Shown here: positions 19,188 to 27,590 of the stretch, piece by piece
Position numbering within the stretch: position 1 is the first letter of the stretch
Layout of the letters: every line of letters starts with the position of its first letter
Assembly: GCF_029945805.1 (NCBI RefSeq)
Contig: NZ_JAQSDH010000006.1
Coordinates: 9,562-73,561 of the forward strand
Direction of reading: 5' to 3'
Length of the DNA: 64,000 nt
Source: Flavobacterium sp.
GTDB taxonomy: Bacteria; Bacteroidota; Bacteroidia; Flavobacteriales; Flavobacteriaceae
Program-made: the position numbers and the translations under genes
Notes under the pieces: generated by a model
Seen by the model: only the letters and a program-made list of their open reading frames with translations
The model's database searches: none
Told to the model about the DNA's origin: nothing

Positions 19188-21013
19188 TCAAACGATTGCA
19201 TAGAAACCAACTTAGAATACGTTCCGTTGTGAGCCAAAAGTGCTTCATGCGTTCCTTGTTCTACTATTTTTCCTTTTTGCATTACTACAATTAAATCGGC
19301 TTTTTGAATTGTGGATAATCTATGTGCAATTACTACTGAAGTTCTATTTTGCATCATATTTTCCAAAGCAACCTGAACCAATCTTTCACTTTCGGTATCC
19401 AAAGCGGAAGTTGCTTCGTCCAAAATCATAATCGGTGGATTTTTCAAAACCGCACGCGCAATAGACAAGCGTTGTTTTTGTCCTCCAGAAAGTTTGTTTC
19501 CGCTGTCACCAACATTTGTATTAATGCCTTCTGGTAAGTCTTTAACAAATTCGTAAGCATTGGCAATTTTTAAGGCTTCGATAATTTCTTCATCAGTCGC
19601 GTCAGGTTTTCCCAATGCGATATTGGCTTTAATCGTATCATTAAAGAGGATAGAATCTTGGGTAACCAATCCCATTAAATCGCGTAACGATTTGATTTCA
19701 ATGCCTTTAATGTCAACCCCGTCGATTGAAATTTTTCCTTCGTTTACATCATAAAAACGAGTTAATAAATTAGCAATAGTACTTTTTCCAGAACCCGATT
19801 GTCCAACCAAAGCAACGGTCTTTCCTTTAGGAACTTCAAGCGAAAAATTCTTTAAAACATTTTCCTCTTCATAACGGAAGTTGATGTTTTCTAAGACTAT
19901 TTTGTCTTCAAAAGTTTGTTTTTTGATGGCATTTGGGTTGTCTGTAATAGTGTTTTCTACTTCTAAAACTTCAAAAACGCGTTCTGCTGCGGCTAATCCA
20001 TTTTTTACTTGATAAGAAGCTTTTGATATTGATTTTGCTGGAGTTAGAATGTTATACGCCAAACCTAAATAAACAATGAATAGTGCGCCATTTAAGGTTT
20101 TGTCAACCAATACTAAATTACCTCCATACCAAAGTAATATAGCAATTACAACAATTCCCATAAATTCGCTCATAGGTGAAGCTAAGTTATTTTTTTTACC
20201 AATGCTATTGTCAAGTTTTAATAATCGAGTGATTGAATTGTTAAATAATGATTTAAAATAACCTTCGGAATTATAGCTTTTCACCACTTTTAACCCACTT
20301 AATGTTTCTTCAACGATAGAGATTAAATAACCATTTTCTTGTTGCGCTTTGGTAGATTTTGCTTTTAAACTTTTTCCAATTTTTGAAATAATAAAACCCG
20401 AAATAGGAATAAAAATGAATACAAAAAGTGTTAGTTCAAGACTTATTTTCAACATCGCGATAATAGCAAATAGAATAGTAAGTGGTTCTTTTACAATTAA
20501 TTCTAAAATTAAAAAAAAGGAATTTTTCACTTCGTTGACATCACCCAGCATTCTTGCCATAACATCCCCTTTTCTTTTTTCAGAATAGTAAGAAACTGGC
20601 AAATCGATAATTTTGGCAAACATTTTATCTCTTAAATCTTTTAGCACGCCATTTTTAATTTTCATTAAATGTTGAGATGCTAAATAATTAAAAATGTTCT
20701 TGAATAAAAATGTAGAAATTACAATTGCGACTGTTAGTAAAAGCGCATATTGTGGGCCATTTTCAGCAGAAAGTTTTGTAATGTAAAATTGTAAATATTG
20801 TTTTCCGTATTCGCCAACTTTATCTATTCCGGTGTAAACAGGAAGTGTTGTAACAGCTTCATTCATTTTGAAAAGAACTTCCATTAAAGGAAATAACGCA
20901 ACAAATGAAAGCGTACTAAACAAAGCGTACAGAATGTTGTAAATTACATTCCAAACAATGTGACTTTTAAATTTTAATGCAAACGGAATTATTTTTTTTA
21001 AATTTTCATCCAT
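19184..21013 (-). CDS. ABC exporter, fused permease/ATPase (MsbA-like)
   Basis: 609 aa. Six-TM N-terminal half, Walker A GQSGSGKST, signature LSGGQKQR, Walker B ILDEATSALD. Confidence 0.9.
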   Translation of the reverse strand: MDENLKKIIPFALKFKSHIVWNVIYNILYALFSTLSFVALFPLMEVLFKMNEAVTTLPVYTGIDKVGEYGKQYLQFYITKLSAENGPQYALLLTVAIVISTFLFKNIFNYLASQHLMKIKNGVLKDLRDKMFAKIIDLPVSYYSEKRKGDVMARMLGDVNEVKNSFFLILELIVKEPLTILFAIIAMLKISLELTLFVFIFIPISGFIISKIGKSLKAKSTKAQQENGYLISIVEETLSGLKVVKSYNSEGYFKSLFNNSITRLLKLDNSIGKKNNLASPMSEFMGIVVIAILLWYGGNLVLVDKTLNGALFIVYLGLAYNILTPAKSISKASYQVKNGLAAAERVFEVLEVENTITDNPNAIKKQTFEDKIVLENINFRYEEENVLKNFSLEVPKGKTVALVGQSGSGKSTIANLLTRFYDVNEGKISIDGVDIKGIEIKSLRDLMGLVTQDSILFNDTIKANIALGKPDATDEEIIEALKIANAYEFVKDLPEGINTNVGDSGNKLSGGQKQRLSIARAVLKNPPIMILDEATSALDTESERLVQVALENMMQNRTSVVIAHRLSTIQKADLIVVMQKGKIVEQGTHEALLAHNGTYSKLVSMQSFD

Positions 21014-22740
21014 TAGTTCAATTTCATTTCCGAAATTATATTCTTGATTTTGGTGTCTAAAAATGCTTCTGCAGCCGGAATTTCATCCACACTTTCAATA
21101 GCGGTATTCACACTAAAATAAAATTTGATTTTAGGTTCTGTTCCACTTGGACGAGCGCAAATTTTAGAGCCATCTTCTAAATAATAAATCAGCACATCCG
21201 ATTTTGGTACTGTTAAAACTTCTGTTTCATTACTCAATAGATTTCGCGCCGTAGAATTTTGATAATCTTCGACCATAATAACGCGTTGTCCATTAATTTC
21301 AGAAACGGGTTTGTCACGCATATTAACCATCATTTGCTTGATTTCTGTAGCGCCATCCATTCCTTTTTTGGTAATCGAAATTAAATATTCTTTAAAGAAA
21401 CCAAAGTCAACATACATCTGTTGTAATTCTTTGTAAACCGAACTTCCTTTTTCTTTGGCTTGAGCCGCAATTTCACACATTAGTAAAATAGCACCAACGG
21501 CATCTTTATCGCGAACCGCATCGCCCACCATAAAACCGAAGCTTTCTTCTCCGCCGCCAATAAATTTTAACTCAGGAAAATCTTTGATGAATTTTGCAAT
21601 CCATTTGAAACCCGTTAATCCTACTTTGCATTCTACCTCATAAGCCGAAGCTAATTCGAGCATCATTGGAGTAGAAACGATGGTTGAACCAATGAATTGT
21701 TTTCCGTTGATTTTCCCAGCTTTTTTCCATTGTTCCAAAAGATAATGTGTCATTACCACCATAGTTTGGTTTCCGTTGAGCAACTGCATTTTACCTTCAT
21801 TATTTCTAACGGCAACTCCAAGTCGGTCGCTATCAGGATCCGTTCCAAAAACGATATCGGCATTAATTTTATCGGCCAAAGCCAAAGCCATTGTCAACGC
21901 TTCAGGTTCTTCGGGGTTTGGAGAAACCACCGTAGGGAAATCGCCATTGGGTACTGCTTGTTCTGGAACGATATTCACATCAGTATAACCTGCCAATACT
22001 AATACTTTTGGAACCATTTTAATAGAAGTTCCGTGTAACGATGTATAAGCAATTCTCAAATGCTTTCTGGCTTCCGCCGAAGTATTAAAGCTGGCATTTT
22101 CAATAGTAGATTTGGCAAAAGCCTCGTCAATTTCAGTATCGATGTATTTGATTAAACTTTCGTTAGCACCAAATTTGATTTCGCTGTATTTTAAATCTTC
22201 AATTACCTGAATAATTTCTCCATCATTTGGTGGAACTAATTGCCCTCCATCTTGCCAGTATACTTTGTAGCCATTATATTCCGATGGATTGTGAGAAGCT
22301 GTTAACACGATTCCGGCATGACATTTTAAGTACCGAACTGCGAAAGACAATTCCGGTGTCGGACGCATATCTGAAAATAAATAAACCTGAATATCATTTG
22401 CCGAAAAAACATCCGCAACCACTTTAGCTAAAGTGTTACTGTTGTGACGACAATCGTAAGCAATCGCCACTTTCAAATGTTCGCCTGGAAATGATTTTTT
22501 TAGATAATCCGATAAACCCTGAGTGTTTTTTCCAAGAGTATATTTGTTAATACGGTTGGTTCCAACGCCCATTATGCCGCGCATTCCGCCCGTTCCAAAC
22601 TCCAAGTTCTTATAGAAACTTTCTTCTAAATTTTTTGGAGAAGAAGTCATCATTTCTGTGATTTCGTTTTGTGTTTTTTGGTCAAATGCAGGCGTAAGCC
22701 ATTCGTTTACTTTGTCTAAGATATTTTTTTCGATGTGCAT
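21013..22740 (-). CDS. phospho-sugar mutase (phosphoglucomutase/phosphomannomutase family)
   Basis: 575 aa. Active-site TASHNPSEYNGYK and metal loop GTDPDSDR. Confidence 0.9.
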   Translation of the reverse strand: MHIEKNILDKVNEWLTPAFDQKTQNEITEMMTSSPKNLEESFYKNLEFGTGGMRGIMGVGTNRINKYTLGKNTQGLSDYLKKSFPGEHLKVAIAYDCRHNSNTLAKVVADVFSANDIQVYLFSDMRPTPELSFAVRYLKCHAGIVLTASHNPSEYNGYKVYWQDGGQLVPPNDGEIIQVIEDLKYSEIKFGANESLIKYIDTEIDEAFAKSTIENASFNTSAEARKHLRIAYTSLHGTSIKMVPKVLVLAGYTDVNIVPEQAVPNGDFPTVVSPNPEEPEALTMALALADKINADIVFGTDPDSDRLGVAVRNNEGKMQLLNGNQTMVVMTHYLLEQWKKAGKINGKQFIGSTIVSTPMMLELASAYEVECKVGLTGFKWIAKFIKDFPELKFIGGGEESFGFMVGDAVRDKDAVGAILLMCEIAAQAKEKGSSVYKELQQMYVDFGFFKEYLISITKKGMDGATEIKQMMVNMRDKPVSEINGQRVIMVEDYQNSTARNLLSNETEVLTVPKSDVLIYYLEDGSKICARPSGTEPKIKFYFSVNTAIESVDEIPAAEAFLDTKIKNIISEMKLN

Positions 22741-22777
22741 GGTCTTATTTTTTATTCGATTCTAAAGTTGGAATTAT

Positions 22778-23737
22778 TTACAAATTCACTTCTTTTGAAA
22801 CTTTGTAGCGTTCTTCGTTGTTTTTTGTTCGTAATATGATTTCGCCTAAAAATCCAGCTAAAAATAATTGGGAACCAATAATCATCGCCGTCAAAGCGAT
22901 ATAGAACAGAGGATTTGCAGTTACTAATATTGTTGAATCATCTAATACAAACAGTTTTAATAATTTAATAGCAATGATCAAAAATGTGGATACTAATCCA
23001 ATGATAAACATGATTACTCCTAGTGCACCAAAAAGATGCATTGGACGTTTGCCGTATTTAGAAATAAACCAAATCGTAATCAAATCTAGAAAGCCATTGA
23101 TAAAACGGCTCATTCCAAATTTGGATTCACCATATTTTCGTGCTTGATGAATTACTACTTTTTCCCCAATTTTGGCAAATCCGGCATTTTTAGCCAAAAC
23201 CGGAATATAACGGTGCATTTCGCCCGAAACTTCAATGTTTTTGATGACTACATTTTTGTAAGCTTTTAACCCGCAATTGAAATCATTCAGTTGAACTCCA
23301 GATGTTTTTCGGGCTGCCCAATTGAATAATTTGGAAGGTAAATTTTTACCCACAACCGAATCGTACCGTTTCTTTTTCCATCCTGACACTAAATCAAAAT
23401 TTTGAGTCATTATCATGTTGTACAGATCTGGAATTTCATCTGGGCTGTCTTGTAAATCGGCATCCATAGTAATAATTACATCGCCTTGAGCTTTCGCAAA
23501 ACCTGCATGCAGCGCTTGTGATTTTCCAAAGTTTCTCTGAAAACGAATTCCTTTTATATTTGAGTTCTCTTCGGAAAGCTGCTCAATAATTTTCCACGAA
23601 TCATCCGTACTTCCATCATCAATAAAAATAACTTCGTAAGAATAGTTGTGGGCCGTCATAACTTTGACAATCCATTGGTGTAATTCGGGTAAAGATTCCT
23701 GCTCGTTTAAAAGCGGAATTATAATCGATAGATTCAT
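22778..23737 (-). CDS. family 2 glycosyltransferase, polyprenol-phosphate sugar transferase-like (GtrB/DPM1-like)
   Basis: 319 aa. IIIPLLNE, FIDDGSTD, MDADLQD (DxD), two C-terminal TM helices. Confidence 0.8.
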   Translation of the reverse strand: MNLSIIIPLLNEQESLPELHQWIVKVMTAHNYSYEVIFIDDGSTDDSWKIIEQLSEENSNIKGIRFQRNFGKSQALHAGFAKAQGDVIITMDADLQDSPDEIPDLYNMIMTQNFDLVSGWKKKRYDSVVGKNLPSKLFNWAARKTSGVQLNDFNCGLKAYKNVVIKNIEVSGEMHRYIPVLAKNAGFAKIGEKVVIHQARKYGESKFGMSRFINGFLDLITIWFISKYGKRPMHLFGALGVIMFIIGLVSTFLIIAIKLLKLFVLDDSTILVTANPLFYIALTAMIIGSQLFLAGFLGEIILRTKNNEERYKVSKEVNL

Positions 23738-24271
23738 TTATAATCCTTCAGATGGTGATTTAGATTTGAAAATTGCTGCTAAAATTAATCCGAAGATAGC
23801 CTGAAACACTAATGCAATAGCTAATCCAAACAACATATTTCCAATAGTGTAATTGTCTGTTTCTGATAATTTTTGCATGGTTTCACTTATTTGAGCTGAT
23901 TGCGCACCCATTTTTTCCATCATATCAGAAGTATACTTCATCGTGATTTCTTTAATGGTTTGTTTAGCTCCTGGATCAACAATATTGAATAAAACATAAT
24001 TATAAACGGTAGAAATAATAGTTCCAAGTAATGCTGCAATAAAATACACTGTGAAAGCATCTTTAAAAGGCAAAACTCCATTCAATTGTTTCTTAGTTTT
24101 CGAAACTAAAACTACACCAATCGTTATAGCGATTACTATGGATACGATTCCAATCCACCAACTTGTAAATAGTTTTAAGTCAATTACATAAATAGCAGTT
24201 GTGAATAGAATTGAAAACAATCCTAAGATAATTCCAAAAGTGACTCCGTTTTTCTTAATAATTTCATTCAT
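23738..24271 (-). CDS. DUF4199-like membrane protein
   Basis: 177 aa, 4 TM helices. Its stop abuts the GT2 start codon. This pairing recurs in Bacteroidota (from memory). Confidence 0.5.
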   Translation of the reverse strand: MNEIIKKNGVTFGIILGLFSILFTTAIYVIDLKLFTSWWIGIVSIVIAITIGVVLVSKTKKQLNGVLPFKDAFTVYFIAALLGTIISTVYNYVLFNIVDPGAKQTIKEITMKYTSDMMEKMGAQSAQISETMQKLSETDNYTIGNMLFGLAIALVFQAIFGLILAAIFKSKSPSEGL

Positions 24272-24362
24272 AATGTTTAGGTTTTTAATTAATCAACAAA
24301 TATAGTAATTCCGTAATTACAAATATTAAGTATAGTGTATTTAAAAAAAGTTACATATTGAT

Positions 24363-24391
24363 TTGATTATTAAAAAATAATTGTATTTTTG
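24363..24391 (+). promoter_or_regulatory. rpmE promoter: -33 TTG (24363-24365) and -7 TATTTTTG (24384-24391)
   Basis: Both elements present with an 18-nt spacer. Predicts a leader of about 100 nt. Confidence 0.5.
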
Positions 24392-24498
24392 CACACTCAA
24401 AATAAAAAAACAAGAATAATAAAAGTTGTAGGGAGTTGATACCTTTCGGAGTGAAAGCATCAAAACAAACTACTTCATAACAATAAAAAAGATTTATC

Positions 24499-24750
24499 AT
24501 GAAAAAAGGAATTCACCCAGAAAATTACAGATTAGTTGCTTTCAAAGACATGTCAAACGAAGATGTTTTTATCACTAAATCGACAGTTGAAACTAAAGAA
24601 ACGATCACACACGAAGGTGTTGAGTATCCAGTTTTCAAAATGGAGATCTCTAGAACTTCTCACCCTTTTTACACAGGTAAATCTAAACTTATCGATACTG
24701 CAGGACGTATTGATAAATTTAAGACAAAATACGCAAAACACGCTAAATAA
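24499..24750 (+). CDS. rpmE: 50S ribosomal protein L31, type B (no CxxC zinc motif)
   Basis: 83 aa. MKKGIHPENY start and SHPFYTGK motif. No Cys pairs. Confidence 0.95.
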   Translation: MKKGIHPENYRLVAFKDMSNEDVFITKSTVETKETITHEGVEYPVFKMEISRTSHPFYTGKSKLIDTAGRIDKFKTKYAKHAK

Positions 24751-24853
24751 GTCCCGACAGATCGGGATTAGTGCTTCAATTTTATCAAAACCATTCCCGA
24801 AAGTGAGTGGTTTTTTTATTTTTAGTTGTACCCAATTTTACTCTTAAACTTTG

Positions 24854-24883
24854 TAACTTTGAGACTTCATAACTTTGAGACTT
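24854..24883 (+). repeat. direct duplication of TAACTTTGAGACTT (each copy contains a TAnnTTTG box) just upstream of the GlmU-like ATG
   Basis: Copies at 24854-24867 and 24870-24883. ATG at 24891. Confidence 0.8.
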
Positions 24884-24890
24884 GAAACAA

Positions 24891-26066
24891 ATGAACTACA
24901 TACTTTTCGACGGAACCGTTCGTAACGCACTTTTACCTTTTACGTTTACAAGGCCAGTTGCTGATATTCGTATCGGAATTTTGACCATTCGCGAAAAATG
25001 GGAGAAATATTTAGGCTACACCACCACAACTTTGACAGAAGAATATCTTTCTGAAAAGTATCCAATGGTTGAAATGGAAGACAATGTAATGATTAATGCC
25101 TCTTTTTTGCCTAATGATATCCTGGCGGAAATGGTAAAGAGTTTGGAAAAAAATCAGGCCATTTTTAGAGAGGATGAAGTCATTGCGTTTTATACCAATG
25201 ATACGCAGGATGAAGTTGATTTTGATAGTTATGAAATTATTGAATTCAGTGAAGATTGCTTGACTGTAAACAATACTTGGGATATTTTTGCTAAGAATGA
25301 TGCTGCGCTACGTGAAGATTTTGAATTGATTACCGATGGAAGACATTCGCAATCTATTCCGAAGAGCGTCAACGTAATTTCACCTGAAAATATATTTATA
25401 GAAGAAGGAGCAAAGCTTGAATTTGTGACTTTAAATGCTTCAACGGGACCAATTTATATCGGAAAAAATTCCGAAATCATGGAAGGTTCAGTAATTCGTG
25501 GACCGTTCGCATTATGCGAATCCGGGCGAGTGAAACTAGCTTCAAAAGTATATGGCGCAACTACGGTTGGACCGCATTCCGTAATTGGAGGCGAAGTAAG
25601 TAACTCGGTTTTGATGGGCTATTCCAATAAAGGTCACGATGGATTTTTAGGGAATTCTGTTTTAGGTGAATGGTGTAATATTGGCGCCGATAGTAACAAT
25701 TCTAATCTAAAAAACAATTACGAAGAAGTGCGTTTGTGGAGTTATGAAACGGAAGGTTTCGCCAAAACAGGCTTGCAATTCTGCGGATTGATGATGGGCG
25801 ATCACAGCAAATGTGGAATAAATACGATGTTCAATACTGGAACTGTTGTCGGTGTTTCGACCAATATTTTTGGTTCGGGATTCCCGCGCAATTTTGTTCC
25901 AAGCTTTTCATGGGGTGGCGCTTCTGGATTTACAACGTATCTGACTTCAAAAGCATTTCAAACAGCCAAAATAGTGATGGCACGCCGACAAATTGAGTTT
26001 TCTGATGAAGATGCTAAAATATTAGAGCACGTTTTTGAAGAAACTAAGAAATACAGAAAAGAATAA
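24891..26066 (+). CDS. GlmU-like putative sugar nucleotidyltransferase with left-handed beta-helix (hexapeptide) domain
   Basis: N-terminal nucleotidyltransferase-like region, then hexapeptide-repeat stretches (IGGEVSNSVLMGYSNKGHDGFLGNSVLGEWCNIGADSNNSN). ATG at 24891 preferred over the track's TTG. Confidence 0.7.
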   Translation: MNYILFDGTVRNALLPFTFTRPVADIRIGILTIREKWEKYLGYTTTTLTEEYLSEKYPMVEMEDNVMINASFLPNDILAEMVKSLEKNQAIFREDEVIAFYTNDTQDEVDFDSYEIIEFSEDCLTVNNTWDIFAKNDAALREDFELITDGRHSQSIPKSVNVISPENIFIEEGAKLEFVTLNASTGPIYIGKNSEIMEGSVIRGPFALCESGRVKLASKVYGATTVGPHSVIGGEVSNSVLMGYSNKGHDGFLGNSVLGEWCNIGADSNNSNLKNNYEEVRLWSYETEGFAKTGLQFCGLMMGDHSKCGINTMFNTGTVVGVSTNIFGSGFPRNFVPSFSWGGASGFTTYLTSKAFQTAKIVMARRQIEFSDEDAKILEHVFEETKKYRKE

Positions 26067-26080
26067 TGAATTTTCTTTGA

Positions 26081-26126
26081 CACAGATTCACAGATTTTAA
26101 AATCATTTTTAATCTGTGAATTTGTG
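26081..26126 (+). terminator. long hairpin (16 bp, one G-T) built from CACAGATT words, after the GlmU-like gene
   Basis: cacagattcacagatt (26081-26096) pairs with aatctgtgaatttgtg (26111-26126). 14-nt loop, T-rich tail. Confidence 0.6.
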
Positions 26127-26151
26127 GCTATTTTTATTTTAAATTTTTGTT

Positions 26152-26159
26152 TAATTTTG
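26152..26159 (+). promoter_or_regulatory. -7 box TAATTTTG for mtaB
   Basis: Exact TAnnTTTG match, 43 nt before the ATG at 26203. Confidence 0.4.
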
Positions 26160-26202
26160 CGCTCTCAATTTTTGACAACGATTTCACTAATTGAAGCAAA
26201 TT

Positions 26203-27531
26203 ATGGAAAACAAGAAAAAAGTAGCATTCTACACTTTAGGATGTAAATTGAACTTCTCCGAAACATCTACCATAGCGAGAAATTTTAAAGACGAAGGTTT
26301 TGAACGTGTCGATTTTGAAGAATTTGCCGATATGTATGTCATCAATACGTGTTCTGTAACTGAAAATGCCGATAAACAATTTAAGCAAATTGTAAAGAAA
26401 GCCATGAAAATCAACGATAAAGCATTCGTTGCTGCCGTGGGATGTTACGCGCAATTAAAGCCTGAAGAATTAGCTGCTGTTGACGGTGTTGATCTGGTTC
26501 TAGGTGCTACCGAAAAATTCAAAATTACTGATTATATCAATGATTTGACCAAACATGCTCGGAGCGAAATTCATTCTTGTGAAATTGAAGAAGCTGATTT
26601 TTATGTTGGAAGTTATTCCATTGGCGACAGAACTCGTGCCTTTTTGAAAGTTCAGGATGGCTGTGATTATAAATGTACGTATTGTACCATTCCATTAGCG
26701 CGCGGAATTTCAAGAAGTGATGCGTTGGGAAATGTGTTAAATAATGCTTCTGATATTTCGAAACAAGGAATCAAAGAAATCGTTTTGACTGGAGTAAATA
26801 TTGGAGATTACGGAAAAGGCGAATTCGGAAACAAAAAACACGAACATACTTTTCTTGATTTAGTGCAGGCTTTAGACAAAGTAGAAGGAATTGAAAGACT
26901 TCGAATTTCATCCATCGAACCCAATCTTTTGAAAAACGAAACCATCGAGTTTGTATCCAATAGCAGAACGTTTGTTCCTCATTTTCATATTCCGTTACAA
27001 AGCGGTAGCAACGCTATTTTAAAAAAAATGAAGCGTCGTTATCTTCGTGAAGTGTATACAGAAAGAGTGAATAAAATTCGAGAAGTAATGCCTCACGCTT
27101 GCATTGGTGTTGACGTAATTGTAGGCTTTCCTGGCGAAACCGATGAAAACTTTCTAGAAACGTATAATTTCTTGAACGAAATGGATATTTCTTATCTACA
27201 CGTTTTTACCTATTCTGAAAGAGATAATACAGAAGCTGCTGAAATGGAAAATGCTGTTCCTATGAATGTTCGAAATAAAAGAAGTAAAATGTTGCGCGGA
27301 TTATCCGTTAAAAAACGTAGAGCATTTTATGAAAGCCAAATAGGAACCAATAGAAGTGTTCTTTTTGAAAGTGAAAATAAAGAAGGCTACATTAATGGTT
27401 TTACCGAAAATTATGTAAAAGTAAAAACACCTTGGAATCCGGTATTGGTCAATACTTTGCACCAAATCAAGCTGACCAAAATTGATGAAGATGGCTCAGT
27501 GCGACTCGATTTTCTTAATGTTATGGTTTAA
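26203..27531 (+). CDS. mtaB: tRNA (t6A37) methylthiotransferase MtaB
   Basis: MTTase N-terminal Cys triad (GCKLN..NTCSVT..GCY), radical-SAM CDYKCTYC, TRAM-like C-terminus. ATG at 26203 preferred. Confidence 0.85.
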   Translation: MENKKKVAFYTLGCKLNFSETSTIARNFKDEGFERVDFEEFADMYVINTCSVTENADKQFKQIVKKAMKINDKAFVAAVGCYAQLKPEELAAVDGVDLVLGATEKFKITDYINDLTKHARSEIHSCEIEEADFYVGSYSIGDRTRAFLKVQDGCDYKCTYCTIPLARGISRSDALGNVLNNASDISKQGIKEIVLTGVNIGDYGKGEFGNKKHEHTFLDLVQALDKVEGIERLRISSIEPNLLKNETIEFVSNSRTFVPHFHIPLQSGSNAILKKMKRRYLREVYTERVNKIREVMPHACIGVDVIVGFPGETDENFLETYNFLNEMDISYLHVFTYSERDNTEAAEMENAVPMNVRNKRSKMLRGLSVKKRRAFYESQIGTNRSVLFESENKEGYINGFTENYVKVKTPWNPVLVNTLHQIKLTKIDEDGSVRLDFLNVMV

Positions 27532-27590
27532 AAAATAAAAACCCGTCTCATTTTTTAGAATAAGGCGGGTTGCTTTTTTAAAGTGCTAAA

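Noticed and set aside
24536-24847. 103-aa plus-strand ORF overlapping rpmE in another frame
   Set aside because: It is out of frame with the clear L31 gene and runs through the rpmE terminator region. No supporting features.
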